A stretch of 64,000 nt of DNA from an uncultured bacterium (GCA_963702025.1 OY969699.1:256001-320000), one strand, 5' to 3'; counted from the stretch's first letter, positions 1 to 12,040 are shown. The notes: generated from the sequence alone by a model not told the origin. Numbers and translations are program-made.

Positions 1-2
1 AT

Positions 3-572
3 GGAGGCAATTTAGATGAAGCAACTCGATTAATTCAATCACATATTAAAAGAACTTTCATGGGTTATGCAATTGCTAGAGGAACAATCAATATGATTAA
101 CGCAATTCTTGCCAGCGGATATGATCTGAATGAACCAGTAACCTATGATAGTCCAAGAACTCCTCTCATGTTTGCAGCGGAATCAGAACGGGAAGAAATA
201 GTAGAGATTCTTTTAAAGGCCGGCGCTCAAGTTAATTATCAGAAACCTTTCACCAATGCTACTGCATTGCATCTTGCATGTTGCTCAAAAAATGATGATC
301 CAACAATAACAAATAGATTAATTAAAGCGGGAGCTACCGTGGATGCTCCTGCTAATTTCGGAAAAACCCCATTAATGTGTGCGGTACAACAGGGGCAACT
401 TGCAAAAGTTAAAGCGCTTCTGGCAGAAAAAGCACGTGTAGACCTGAAAGCAATTAATCCTAAAGACAAATCCGAATGGACCGCTTTGGCTTTCGCAAAC
501 AAAAGTAAGATGCCCGAAAATACTCGGACTGAAATAATCAAACTCTTAAAAAAATATGAAGCACATGAGTAA
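3..572 (+). CDS. Ankyrin-repeat protein, 5'-partial (starts before the window)
   Basis: TPLMFAA, TALHLAC and TPLMCAV ankyrin motifs; frame is open from position 3 (GGNLDEATRLIQSHIKRTFM) and aligns with the next two paralogs. Confidence 0.9.
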   Translation, partial: GGNLDEATRLIQSHIKRTFMGYAIARGTINMINAILASGYDLNEPVTYDSPRTPLMFAAESEREEIVEILLKAGAQVNYQKPFTNATALHLACCSKNDDPTITNRLIKAGATVDAPANFGKTPLMCAVQQGQLAKVKALLAEKARVDLKAINPKDKSEWTALAFANKSKMPENTRTEIIKLLKKYEAHE

Positions 573-678
573 TGGAAAATAATAATAATTTTAAAGGAGG
601 TTTACCTATGAATTTAGTAAAATATACCGTAACCTTAGCCCTTTTAGGCTCACTTTCTTCTACTGCCTTTGGCATGGA
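570..678 (+). repeat. Duplicated gene-junction unit (stop, RBS, signal-peptide coding); second copy at about 2021-2124
   Basis: Near-identical aaagga(g/a)gtttacctatgaatttagtaaaatatacc...tctactgcctttggcatg at both junctions. Confidence 0.85.
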
Positions 679-2023
679 GAAAAAACATTCTGGCGATGAT
701 TTAATCCAAAATGAAGAAGGGAAACGTCAACGCGTAGAAATCACCCAAGAGCAAACTGCTGAAAATAAATTAGCAGCAGAAATGATGGCCTTTGCCGAGT
801 TCACCCAGGAGCAATTTTCCAAGGCAAACCGTATCTTGCAAATAATTGGAAATCAACTCAATGGATTGGATAACCGTTTGAATGAGATGGGTCGTGAAAT
901 TGAAACATTGCAACAGCCACCGGTTACCAATGCAGAATTCAAAAAGCCCGCAGCAGCGCCATCACCACTCATTGCGCTGCCTGCAATTGCCCCAAAATCG
1001 GCAACAGCTACGGCATCACCCCTGAAGGCATACGCAGTAACCGCTACGCCGCAGAACACTTATGGAATGCGCCAAAAAGCACCCGCAGCCCAGCAACAAC
1101 TGCCCTCTGTTAATGCAATACCTGCGCAAAAACCTACTGCCCCAATGGGCCCACTCAATTGGCCACCACCTGCCGAACCAGAGCAACAAGAGATTGTGGC
1201 AACTGCCAAAAGAATGCGAAAAACAAAGCAAGCGGCAAAGCCAAAAGCAGTAAAAAGCTCAGAATCTATTCCGGGCATTCAATCAATTGCTTGGCTCTCG
1301 GAAGCTCCGGAAGAAATTATACAAAAAAGTAAAGAAAACAGAGAGGAAATCATCCAGTGGTTTGCAAGCAACATTGTTAAACATAATTCTTTTCCCTTTG
1401 ATTTGGAACACCTTACATTTAACGAAAATACTCAATTGCGCGCTGCATATAATAACAACAAGTTTACTGACATGGCGAGATTAATTGAGTTGCACTGCAA
1501 AAGAGACTTGATGAATAAGGCAATTCGCCACGGTGCTGCAAATCTTGTTACGCAAATCATTGCGCAAGGATTTAATGTTGACGAAGCAATCAACAGCACC
1601 GGATTGAGCCCCCTTATGCTTGCTGCGGAATTAGGACAAGAGATAATAGTTCCAATTCTTCTAAATGCGGGCGCCCAAGCGAACCTCAAAGATCACGCCA
1701 ATTGTAATAAAACGGCACTCCACCATGCTTGTTGTTCAACAAATGATAGCACAGCAATAATAGATAAATTAATGCTGGCCGGCGCAAACGTTGATGCGGC
1801 TTCTTACAACGGCACCACTCCGCTCGCTTATGCAGTACAACATGGACATCTTGCCCAGGCTAAAGTATTGCTTAAGGCCAAAGCAAACGTGCATAAAAAA
1901 ATAATTAACCCTACAGATAAATCTGAAAAAACTGTTTTGGATTGTGCAAAAAAATATCCAATGCCGGATAATATTCGCGCTGCAATAATTAAGCTTTTAA
2001 ATGAATATGGCGCGAACGAATAA
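608..2023 (+). CDS. Secreted ankyrin-repeat protein (signal peptide, coiled coil, Pro/Ala/Gln-rich linker, C-terminal ankyrins)
   Basis: GGAGG RBS before ATG 608; signal peptide ending AFG-MEKK; SPLMLAA, TALHHAC and TPLAYAV repeats. Confidence 0.9.
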   Translation: MNLVKYTVTLALLGSLSSTAFGMEKKHSGDDLIQNEEGKRQRVEITQEQTAENKLAAEMMAFAEFTQEQFSKANRILQIIGNQLNGLDNRLNEMGREIETLQQPPVTNAEFKKPAAAPSPLIALPAIAPKSATATASPLKAYAVTATPQNTYGMRQKAPAAQQQLPSVNAIPAQKPTAPMGPLNWPPPAEPEQQEIVATAKRMRKTKQAAKPKAVKSSESIPGIQSIAWLSEAPEEIIQKSKENREEIIQWFASNIVKHNSFPFDLEHLTFNENTQLRAAYNNNKFTDMARLIELHCKRDLMNKAIRHGAANLVTQIIAQGFNVDEAINSTGLSPLMLAAELGQEIIVPILLNAGAQANLKDHANCNKTALHHACCSTNDSTAIIDKLMLAGANVDAASYNGTTPLAYAVQHGHLAQAKVLLKAKANVHKKIINPTDKSEKTVLDCAKKYPMPDNIRAAIIKLLNEYGANE

Positions 2024-2058
2024 TGAAATATAATAATAATTGTAAAGGAAGTTTACCT

Positions 2059-3468
2059 ATGAATTTAGTAAAATATACCCTAACTTTAGCCCTTTTATGC
2101 TCTCTTTCTACTGCCTTTGGCATGAAACGCGGTGGAGAAGAATTAAACAATAATGAAACACCGTGGAAAAGCCAAAGAACGGACATGCAAGCATTTACTA
2201 CTGAAGACCCCACGGAAGCTGATCCCGATGAGGAGGAGGACCTTTCACTGGCAATCCAAAATTCTTACTCAACAGATATTCCAGGAATTGACACTTCAAG
2301 CAACAATAATGCGCTCCCTCAAAATACTGCTGCAACCCGTACAACCACCTCGGTAACCGTGGCTCAGTTAGCACTCGGCATGGCAACATGTAAGCAAACA
2401 ATTGAAGATCAATTCTCTCAAATACATCAAACGTTAAAGAAAATTATTGATCGATTAAATACAACCGAAAATCGCATACAAGAGATGTCTGCAAAGATCG
2501 CTACGTTAAAATCAACACAACAGCAAGGGCCCCTTGAAAAAATACAGGAACAACAACAACAGCTCTTACAACAACTACAAATGCAGGCAGAAATACGAGC
2601 AATGCATCCACTGTACCCCCTGCTAAGCCCGGTTGCCCCTAAGCCTGCGGCTGTACCCACACTCAAGCCGGTCGCACAACCCGGAACTACTGCTACTATC
2701 GTCAAAGCAGCTGAATTTTCCCCAGGATGTCAACACATTTTTTATGACAGAGAAACTCCGGCAAAAATTTTACAAAAACATGCCCATAACCAACAAGCTT
2801 TCAATACCTGGATTTCAAATAGTAGCAAAGGAAACCAGTCTTTAGGTTTCCAATTGGAACACTTATCAGATGAAGAAAATATACAGCTAATTGATGCATA
2901 TCATTCTAAAAATTTTGGCACAATAACTAATTTAATCAATTTGTATTGCAAAAGAAGTTTGATGGTTAACGCACTCAAAATTGGCAGAATGGATCTTATC
3001 TCTCAACTTATTGCTCAAGGATACAATCTTAATGCAATAATAGTCCCGGATGGGCAAGTAACCCCTCTTGTTTATGCGGCAGCACAAGGGCAGGAGAAAA
3101 TTGTGGGAATTCTTTTAGAGGCCGGTGCTGATGTTAATATAACTACGTCATTCAAGGAGGGTAATACATCTACATGCTTACATATCGCGTGTTTTGCACC
3201 AAATGCTAATCCGGCAATAATAGATAGACTAATTAAAGCGGGAGCTCATATTAATGCCATCACGTCTCATGGCTCAACGCCGCTCATCGTATCAGCAAAA
3301 TGTGGGTTCCCTGCCAAAGTTAAAGCCCTTATTGCAGCAGGCGCGGATGTTAATAAAAAAGATAACACCGGTCTAACTGCGCTCGATTGGGCACAGAAAA
3401 GTAAAATGCCGGAAGAGGTTCGAACTGAAATTATAAATCTCTTAAAAGAGCGGATGGCGCAAAAGTAA
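2059..3468 (+). CDS. Secreted ankyrin-repeat protein with UIM-like motif and coiled coil
   Basis: Paralog of 608-2023; DEEEDLSLAIQNS; TPLVYAA, TCLHIAC and TALDWA. Confidence 0.9.
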   Translation: MNLVKYTLTLALLCSLSTAFGMKRGGEELNNNETPWKSQRTDMQAFTTEDPTEADPDEEEDLSLAIQNSYSTDIPGIDTSSNNNALPQNTAATRTTTSVTVAQLALGMATCKQTIEDQFSQIHQTLKKIIDRLNTTENRIQEMSAKIATLKSTQQQGPLEKIQEQQQQLLQQLQMQAEIRAMHPLYPLLSPVAPKPAAVPTLKPVAQPGTTATIVKAAEFSPGCQHIFYDRETPAKILQKHAHNQQAFNTWISNSSKGNQSLGFQLEHLSDEENIQLIDAYHSKNFGTITNLINLYCKRSLMVNALKIGRMDLISQLIAQGYNLNAIIVPDGQVTPLVYAAAQGQEKIVGILLEAGADVNITTSFKEGNTSTCLHIACFAPNANPAIIDRLIKAGAHINAITSHGSTPLIVSAKCGFPAKVKALIAAGADVNKKDNTGLTALDWAQKSKMPEEVRTEIINLLKERMAQK

Positions 3469-3490
3469 TATAAAATAATGGAGAACTCTC

Positions 3491-4480
3491 ATGAATTTAT
3501 TTGAAAACATTCTCTGCATCACACTCCTTACTTCTTTTTCATGCGCACTACAAGCCATGGAAAAAAAGCGTCCATTTGAAGAACAGGAATTTTTAAATTG
3601 GCTCGCCGATGACGATTTATTAAAACAAATGGATGAAAAAAGTGTGACCGATGAATTTTTACAACAATATTATGATGCGATTTCTCCTTCGGGCGATCAG
3701 CATCCTGGAAAATTCCAAAAAACTGAAGCCCGCAATAATACCGTTGATATTTTTAAAGAAACCATTAATGGGTTTGATAACGGGGCAACTACCAATGCCT
3801 TACCTCCCGAACCATCATATGCTGATTTGCAGGCGCAGCTTACGCAAACCCGTGATCAAGTAACTCAATTAAATGCTATCGTAGCAAGCCATGCCGCAAA
3901 AATTGAACAGCTTGAAAGAATAGTGATAAGATTACATACATCTGGACCATTACAATCTGTTCCCGCTTCGCTGCCCAAACTTCCCCCGCATCTAGCCTGC
4001 ATGCAAATGCCGCCAAAACCAGCACCGCAAGCAAAAAAAATAATAATCCAGGGGCCACCATCATTACTTCAGGCAGCATTTGACGGTAATTTAGATTTAA
4101 CAAGAAAACTATTACAAACGGGAGCGAATGTTAATGAAAAAAATACTGATAGAATAGCGGCAACCCCGCTATATTATGCAATTGTTAAAAAAAAACCAAA
4201 CCTCGAGGTTATAAAATTACTTATCAAAAATGGAGCGGCAATAAATGCACAAACCACAGCAGGTATAACGCCCTTAATGGCAGCTATAAAAATAGGCAAT
4301 ATCGAAATAGTAAAAATACTCCTCAATGAAAAACCAGATCTCACCATAGCCTATGTGAATAATGGGAAAAAATTCACCGCTCTTGATGTGGCACGCATAT
4401 ATGCGAGCAATATGCATCCTGAGATATATGCGCCAATAGTAAAATTACTTGAACAATTTATGGTGGGGGAAAAAAAATGA
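3491..4480 (+). CDS. Secreted ankyrin-repeat protein
   Basis: Signal peptide LQA-MEKKRP; coiled coil; TPLYYAI and TPLMAAI. Confidence 0.9.
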   Translation: MNLFENILCITLLTSFSCALQAMEKKRPFEEQEFLNWLADDDLLKQMDEKSVTDEFLQQYYDAISPSGDQHPGKFQKTEARNNTVDIFKETINGFDNGATTNALPPEPSYADLQAQLTQTRDQVTQLNAIVASHAAKIEQLERIVIRLHTSGPLQSVPASLPKLPPHLACMQMPPKPAPQAKKIIIQGPPSLLQAAFDGNLDLTRKLLQTGANVNEKNTDRIAATPLYYAIVKKKPNLEVIKLLIKNGAAINAQTTAGITPLMAAIKIGNIEIVKILLNEKPDLTIAYVNNGKKFTALDVARIYASNMHPEIYAPIVKLLEQFMVGEKK

Positions 4481-5475
4481 ATATAAATAAAATAATACTC
4501 GGGATAACACTCTTAGCTTCTATTTGCACGATCCAGGCTATGGAGAAAAATGAAAGAAAGCGTGAATATGAAGATGACCAACAGAATATATTTTGGCCTT
4601 TTGATACAGACCAAGAGCTACTTCTCCCGGAGATCCCAATCGATGAAATTCAAAGCCCGTACGATTATCAACCGCACGAAAAATATCAAAAAGTGCAAGA
4701 AGCTGATACGAGCGCAACTACCAATGCGGTGATACAAGAACAACCTAATTTTTCTACACAATTAACAGAAATGCGTAATCTTGCAAATACGTTAAGCACT
4801 GTAGTTGTCCAAAACTGCTCGAGGATCGAAAAACTTGAAGGCATAGCCAGCGAACTACAATCAGCAGTTGAAGAAATAAAAAAATCAATTGCTGCCCAGG
4901 AAAATACTATTCAACGGCTCCTTGCCATTAATAATTACAAACCCACGGCATCGACATCACCCGTTCCAACAGCCCTACCCAAACTCATACCAAAAAATCC
5001 GCCATCACCTATTCTAAAAAAAACATGCATTCAACCGGTCATCTATCAACCTCAAAATAATGGTTACACTCCGCTTATGACTGCAGTATTAAGCAACGAT
5101 GTTCAAAAGGTGAAAGACTTATTAACAGAAGAATCTATCAATGTTAACATTAAAGATGTAAGAAAATCAGCCACGGCATTGCACTATGCTATTGATCAAG
5201 TCAATCCTGAAATAGTAGATCTTTTAATAAAAAAAGGTGCAGACGTTAATGTTTCTATAGGGACCGGCGCAACGCCATTAACTTTAGCAATTGTAAAAAA
5301 AAATATTAATATTATCACTTTGCTCCTTAAGGAACAGGCAAACCCAAATATCAAAATAAAATGCAAGGATGGCAAGGGCTATTGCGCACTTGAACTTGCA
5401 CGATGGATGGAAAAAAAAGAGCCCGACACATTGAAACCAATCATTGATTTACTCATTAAACATGGCGCTCGCTAA
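4477..5475 (+). CDS. Secreted ankyrin-repeat protein
   Basis: Signal peptide IQA-MEK; TPLMTAV, TALHYAI and TPLTLAI; ATGA overlap with previous gene. Confidence 0.9.
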   Translation: MNINKIILGITLLASICTIQAMEKNERKREYEDDQQNIFWPFDTDQELLLPEIPIDEIQSPYDYQPHEKYQKVQEADTSATTNAVIQEQPNFSTQLTEMRNLANTLSTVVVQNCSRIEKLEGIASELQSAVEEIKKSIAAQENTIQRLLAINNYKPTASTSPVPTALPKLIPKNPPSPILKKTCIQPVIYQPQNNGYTPLMTAVLSNDVQKVKDLLTEESINVNIKDVRKSATALHYAIDQVNPEIVDLLIKKGADVNVSIGTGATPLTLAIVKKNINIITLLLKEQANPNIKIKCKDGKGYCALELARWMEKKEPDTLKPIIDLLIKHGAR

Positions 5476-5615
5476 AATTTACCGTATACTATTGAAGCGC
5501 ATAACGGTCTTTTTAAGCCATTGTATCGCGCTGAAATTCCTCGAAGCAAAAAACTATGGTTTTCTTGCGAAGTAGAATAAAAAAGTCCCGGTTAAACATC
5601 AATGAAAGTGGAAAA

Positions 5616-6212
5616 ATGAATTTACTTAGACTCATATTATTTTTAGTGCCCGCAGCATCTTTTATATACCCAATAGACGCAATGAAGCTTACAAACAAAA
5701 AAAAGCGCACGCGTGAAAATGCTCAATTGCGCCAGGAATTAATTTGTGATGATAATAGTTTTCCCAATAAATCTGTTAAAGATTTTTTCTCCGAATCAAA
5801 AAATGAATCCACTAGTTGGCAAGAATTAGAGCAATGGTTATATGAGGATCAACAAGGAGAATATTTTCAAAAATCTTTAGCAGCCTATAACACTACCATT
5901 GATACTCCTACAACTATGCACACCACTCCATCTGAATCACTACACCCAGAGATAGCACTACAAAATGAAAAACTTGTTGAAATTAGTAACTATTTAAGTA
6001 CATTCAACCAGCAGATAAATCAAAATAGTTCACGAATAACCAACCTTGAAAAATTGATTATTGAGGTGCAATTAAAAATGAGTAATTTTGAATCAAAACT
6101 GGCTCAATGTAACAATAACGTTGAGACATTACTCGCTGCATACAGACCAATCTCGCATTCTCGCGAGAATCGTAAGCATCTCGCCGATTATCCGCCAAAG
6201 CCTCCAAAATAA
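5616..6212 (+). CDS. Secreted coiled-coil protein, paralog of 4477-5475 lacking the ankyrin domain
   Basis: Signal peptide; QNSSRITNLEK matches QNCSRIEKLEG of the neighbour; stops at the Pro-rich linker. Confidence 0.65.
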   Translation: MNLLRLILFLVPAASFIYPIDAMKLTNKKKRTRENAQLRQELICDDNSFPNKSVKDFFSESKNESTSWQELEQWLYEDQQGEYFQKSLAAYNTTIDTPTTMHTTPSESLHPEIALQNEKLVEISNYLSTFNQQINQNSSRITNLEKLIIEVQLKMSNFESKLAQCNNNVETLLAAYRPISHSRENRKHLADYPPKPPK

Positions 6213-6379
6213 CTTACCATGATGAAAGAACATATTCGGGCTCCTTGGGCGCAAACCCCAATCTGCGAACAAGACGAAGCGATGGCCTGCGCAGAATGAT
6301 GTTTTAAGGAACCATCTTTACAAAACCTATCTTTAGCTCTAGCTTGAATGATAAGAAATCAAGTATCTCATTTGCGTAA

Positions 6380-7834
<1,455 letters not shown>

Positions 7835-7835
7835 C

Positions 7836-8081
7836 ATGCAACTTATTATCATGACCCCCACCAAAAAAGAGGTACACGAAGTGGAATGGGCGGAATGCAA
7901 TACACCCACGGGCAACTATGTTATTCAACAAGGACATGCGCCCATGATACTTTCTTTATCCGAAAAACAGCCTTTTGTGTATTCTTTCAAAAATGGTAAA
8001 GAAGTGGTGGTGATGGTTTCCAGCGGCATTGTGCAGATAACACGAATGCAGGTTACTGTTTTACTTTCGAATCTTGAATGA
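7836..8081 (+). CDS. atpC: F0F1 ATP synthase subunit epsilon (N-terminal beta-sandwich only)
   Basis: Directly after atpD; MQLIIMTP...GHAPMI...SSG motif. Confidence 0.85.
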   Translation: MQLIIMTPTKKEVHEVEWAECNTPTGNYVIQQGHAPMILSLSEKQPFVYSFKNGKEVVVMVSSGIVQITRMQVTVLLSNLE

Positions 8082-8093
8082 ACCAAATTATTT

Positions 8094-8885
8094 TCAACCA
8101 AAAATCGAGCTCACCAGTGAATTCACCAGCGAAGTACTTTCGACTTTAATAATTATTTTCATTTGCTCAGTGCCACGCGTAAAAAGCAAAGTAACAATGC
8201 CGGCATCAGGAAATTGAAGTTTCCAATCCTGGCAAAGCATATTAACATACTCGCTCAATTCCTGAGAACTTTCTAATATAGTAATACCCCCTGCCTTAGG
8301 ATCATCTAACTTCAAATGCCATGCATCATCTTTTTGCCAAACATAAGTTGGATAAGGTGCCTTGAGCCACGATATGATTCTTACCGATTCACCATTTTTT
8401 ATTAGATAGTAATCATCCCCATAGAGCAAATCGATCTCTTGAGTACCAAAAGGGAATTGCTTTGGCTTTTTCCATTCCATTTTCTGTGCTGTTGGCAATA
8501 CGGCAACATCAATGGCAACTTGTTTGTTATCACGTTGCAATACAATTTGCCCCGATCCGGCTTGTTTTGCGCGCATAAGAATGGTCTGAAATAATTCACC
8601 ACCGCACCCATCAGGAGCCGTTTCATTACTTTTGAGAAATTTTACTGATGGCGGACATGAAACGATTTTCCAATCATCCTTATCCTGCCATTGAAAATTT
8701 GAGGGCATTCCCGGGGGTATTGGAGTAATAGATATTATTTCAAATCGTTCCCCGATTTTTACTTGGATAGCCAGCTCCGATTTTTGTATGTTAATCGATT
8801 GCATTTGAGTATAGGGATTCCAATCGCCACGTAAAAAACTTGAGACGGTTAACATGCTACAAAAAACATATCTATCTATTTTCAT
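8094..8885 (-). CDS. Secreted protein with two tandem Ig-like domains (chagasin/I42 inhibitor-like)
   Basis: Signal peptide; internal duplication GERFEIIS...WQDKDDW and GESVRIIS...WQKDDAW; GCGG...AKQAG resembles the I42 pattern. Confidence 0.4.
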   Translation of the reverse strand: MKIDRYVFCSMLTVSSFLRGDWNPYTQMQSINIQKSELAIQVKIGERFEIISITPIPPGMPSNFQWQDKDDWKIVSCPPSVKFLKSNETAPDGCGGELFQTILMRAKQAGSGQIVLQRDNKQVAIDVAVLPTAQKMEWKKPKQFPFGTQEIDLLYGDDYYLIKNGESVRIISWLKAPYPTYVWQKDDAWHLKLDDPKAGGITILESSQELSEYVNMLCQDWKLQFPDAGIVTLLFTRGTEQMKIIIKVESTSLVNSLVSSIFG

Positions 8886-8988
8886 CTTTATCCTTACTGC
8901 TCATCAATCAAGCGTTTTAGACCAGACAAATAATACACTATCACATCAAAAACAGTAAGCAGCATCGTGAGGAGGAAATCGCAAAAGA

Positions 8989-9156
8989 CTATGGGTGAGG
9001 AATTATTGCAACAATTGAAATAACATGGCGTAGATTTGTTTCCATTAATCGCAAAGCCTTTACAATATCTTTTAATATTCTATGTTTTGATGGATCACTT
9101 TTAAGCTCATGTAATTGATCTTTAGCTTCTTGCGTATACTTTAATTCAAATGCGAT
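8989..9156 (-). pseudogene. Decayed RelE/ParE-superfamily toxin (ATC in place of start codon, internal in-frame deletion)
   Basis: Reads (I)AFELKYTQEAKDQLHELKSDPSKHRILKDIVKALRLMETNLRH-VISIVAIIPHP*; lies directly downstream of an AbrB-type antitoxin. Confidence 0.7.
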
Positions 9157-9159
9157 TGC

Positions 9160-9432
9160 TTATTCTGTGTCGAAGGAACTTAAATCGATATTTTTATTAG
9201 CTTTTTGCTTGAGAGCCTTTTTAAGCTTTTCAACTATGGCTTTATTTTTAGGATCAAAGAGCCAACGTTCTTCGGCAGAGATCTCTTGCACAGGCTCAAG
9301 AATAATTTTTCCATTTTTTTCATATATCTTATAAAGATGCGGAAGTCCCTTCCCATGAATTATCCCCTTAGGAATAGTTACTCTATTACGAGAATCGACT
9401 TTAACATATTGATTTTCTGTTTCTTTTTTCAT
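9160..9432 (-). CDS. AbrB/MazE/SpoVT-family antitoxin
   Basis: KVDSRNRVTIPK...KIILEPV swapped-hairpin signature; ERWLFDP tail. Confidence 0.85.
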   Translation of the reverse strand: MKKETENQYVKVDSRNRVTIPKGIIHGKGLPHLYKIYEKNGKIILEPVQEISAEERWLFDPKNKAIVEKLKKALKQKANKNIDLSSFDTE

Positions 9433-9629
9433 TGTTCACCTCTTTTTTTACTCTATCATAAATGGGAAAATGGGTATAGCCCATTGATAAAAAGTGGCAC
9501 ATTTTGCCCTAAAACAAAGGAATTATTAGCATAATCTTCTTGATATTTGCTCTTCAACATTCAAAGATGATATAATTTCAATTAGAATATAATAAGTAGG
9601 GTTTCATATGAAATAGAGGATTTATAGCT

Positions 9630-11324
9630 ATGAAAATACGTTACATTGCGATACTTGCTGCTCTGATCGGCCACTTTTTTGCCTTTGCAATGGAAAAACC
9701 AACCTCTGCAACACAAGTTAAGGAGAAATCGGCAGATCTTGTTATTCTTGCCGATTCATCTACGAAAGAAATTCCTGATGTCACTGCTGATTTTTTTAGT
9801 GATGCAATCCATGCCAATATTCCGATCATAGTAAGCAGCCATTTACCATTTCTAATTAACGAGTTTGATCCAGCATTAAAAGAAAAAAACATGAGGGAAA
9901 TTCAAAAACTCCAGGAATATATGATAAAATTTCGCATGTCAGATATAAGCCCAAAAGCAACAAAATATCAGGGGGCAAAGAAAGAATTCTCTGATACTAG
10001 TAAGTGGGCCATCTATAGCAACCCCCAAAAAGATTGGGCCGTTTTTTTGCCTCAACAATATGGCAAATCATTAGAAGAATTGGGATTGAATAGCAAAGAG
10101 TTATTATTAGTAACTCCAGATAAAATAAATACAGAATTTTCAAATACGCCAAATAATATTGATATTGAAAATTTAAAGAGAGTATTCAATGGAAACTCAG
10201 ATATAAAAAAACGAATCATACTGGCCGGACATGGAACTCAAGAAAAGCCAGATCGTCCGGCAGTAATGGCAGCATTACAAAGCAAACAATATCAAGAATT
10301 ATTAACCTTTTTAAATCGGTTTACTGATATTCTTTTTATTATTTCCTGTTATTCGGGTGGCGTAAATTTAGATACTTTTAACAATCTATTAACCGATACT
10401 TTAAAAGAAACATTCAAAATACGGGACATAAATTTTCCTATTATTGTCAGTTCATCAACTGATGCGATTACCACACAATTTAGTGAAAAAGCACTCGCAA
10501 ATTTTTTCCCACATATAAATAATTTTTTAAAGACCGGCGATAAAAAAGAATTAAAAGAAGCATTAAGCCTTTTTTATAACCAAGATATTAATAACATTCC
10601 TTCAATTCGATTTCCGGGATCTAATTCATTCTTTAGACCAATAGAATTTGATAATTTATATGAAATTATTACTGCAACCGGCCTCAAAAAGCACAATTTA
10701 CAGTACATGATGCAAAAAAAGGAAATTCCTCCTTATGAAATTAATAATAAAAGAGCAATTTTATTATATCCGGCGGTAATCACCACCCCGCTAAAAATTA
10801 TTTTTGACCCCAAGAATTCAACGATAGGAAGCTTTGATAAACCTTATCCAATTTTTATTTCACGTATCGGAGGCCCAGCGCAGCATATTCTGAGCAAAGT
10901 TGAAGTGCCAGAACTTTCATTAAAAGAAACAATTAAGATGTTTTTGGATTTGAGCAAAGATAGTAAGGCACATTTAATAAAAGAATTAGTAACTTCTGAT
11001 GGCACGTATAAGAACTTTGCTTTACTAGCTTCAAATGGTGGATTGGTTGGTACCGCGATAATGCAGAGTTTCCATCCTCAACCTTTTATGATGATGGGTG
11101 GAGGTTGGATAAACCCGGGTGATTGGGTACTGGCATACTTTGATTTTGACTCATTGGTCAGATATAAAATAACAGCACAGGAATATTTAACGTATATCCA
11201 AAAGATTTTAAGTAAATCAGTGCCAAGTGATATGGCAATTCAAAATGCAACAGGTGGCCAACAAAATAAAGAATTGCTCGATGGTGCCATAAAAGAATTT
11301 TTAAACGATATACCAATAAAATAA
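9630..11324 (+). CDS. Secreted protein with putative clan CD (caspase-like) peptidase dyad
   Basis: Signal peptide AFA-MEK; IILAGHG and FIISCYSGG. Confidence 0.55.
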   Translation: MKIRYIAILAALIGHFFAFAMEKPTSATQVKEKSADLVILADSSTKEIPDVTADFFSDAIHANIPIIVSSHLPFLINEFDPALKEKNMREIQKLQEYMIKFRMSDISPKATKYQGAKKEFSDTSKWAIYSNPQKDWAVFLPQQYGKSLEELGLNSKELLLVTPDKINTEFSNTPNNIDIENLKRVFNGNSDIKKRIILAGHGTQEKPDRPAVMAALQSKQYQELLTFLNRFTDILFIISCYSGGVNLDTFNNLLTDTLKETFKIRDINFPIIVSSSTDAITTQFSEKALANFFPHINNFLKTGDKKELKEALSLFYNQDINNIPSIRFPGSNSFFRPIEFDNLYEIITATGLKKHNLQYMMQKKEIPPYEINNKRAILLYPAVITTPLKIIFDPKNSTIGSFDKPYPIFISRIGGPAQHILSKVEVPELSLKETIKMFLDLSKDSKAHLIKELVTSDGTYKNFALLASNGGLVGTAIMQSFHPQPFMMMGGGWINPGDWVLAYFDFDSLVRYKITAQEYLTYIQKILSKSVPSDMAIQNATGGQQNKELLDGAIKEFLNDIPIK

Positions 11325-11332
11325 GGTGTTTC

Positions 11333-12040
11333 ATGAAAATCAATTATTTAATCATCGCCATGTTAGCCTGTGGCTTTGATGCCTTTTCAATGGAATTACC
11401 CGCAAAAAAACAAAAAGTAGAAACCGCGAAAGCCACCTCAATTGCCTATTATCTCATCAATCAACCGCAGCTCATTCAGCAAAGAAGAAAAGGAAAGATC
11501 CTCGATCTTTCAAACCTTAATCTTACCAGCCTTACCGGCCTAGAATTATTACCCGATCGCACAACCATAGAAGAGCTCAACCTTTCTGATAATAATCTCA
11601 CTCGCATAGAAAATAATGCGTTTGCGGGCATGAATAATATAACAACCATCGATCTTTCGCATAACCAAATAACCACACTGGATCCGCTAGCATTTAAAGG
11701 ATTACCTAAACTAATAAAAATCGATTTAGATAACAATAAATTGAAAAGGATTGATATTGCATTTGCACATCTGCACAGCCTCGAGCATTTATACCTTGAA
11801 GAAAACGATATAGCATATATCGCCCCTAATGCGTTTCGTGATTTAAAAAATTTAAAAAAGCTGTGGCTCGGACACAATAAATTAACAACAATCGAGCCGA
11901 CTGCCTTAATAGATCGAGAAAATTCTCACGGCCTGTTACGCGCAACCATGATTAATCTTGAAGATAACCCATTGGCAGATCAAAAAGGAGAACGAGAAAA
12001 AATTAATGAATTAATGGGAGATACTCTTGTTGTTTACTGA
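11333..12040 (+). CDS. Secreted leucine-rich-repeat protein
   Basis: LxLxxNxL repeats with AFxGL; signal peptide then MELPAKKQK. Confidence 0.95.
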   Translation: MKINYLIIAMLACGFDAFSMELPAKKQKVETAKATSIAYYLINQPQLIQQRRKGKILDLSNLNLTSLTGLELLPDRTTIEELNLSDNNLTRIENNAFAGMNNITTIDLSHNQITTLDPLAFKGLPKLIKIDLDNNKLKRIDIAFAHLHSLEHLYLEENDIAYIAPNAFRDLKNLKKLWLGHNKLTTIEPTALIDRENSHGLLRATMINLEDNPLADQKGEREKINELMGDTLVVY

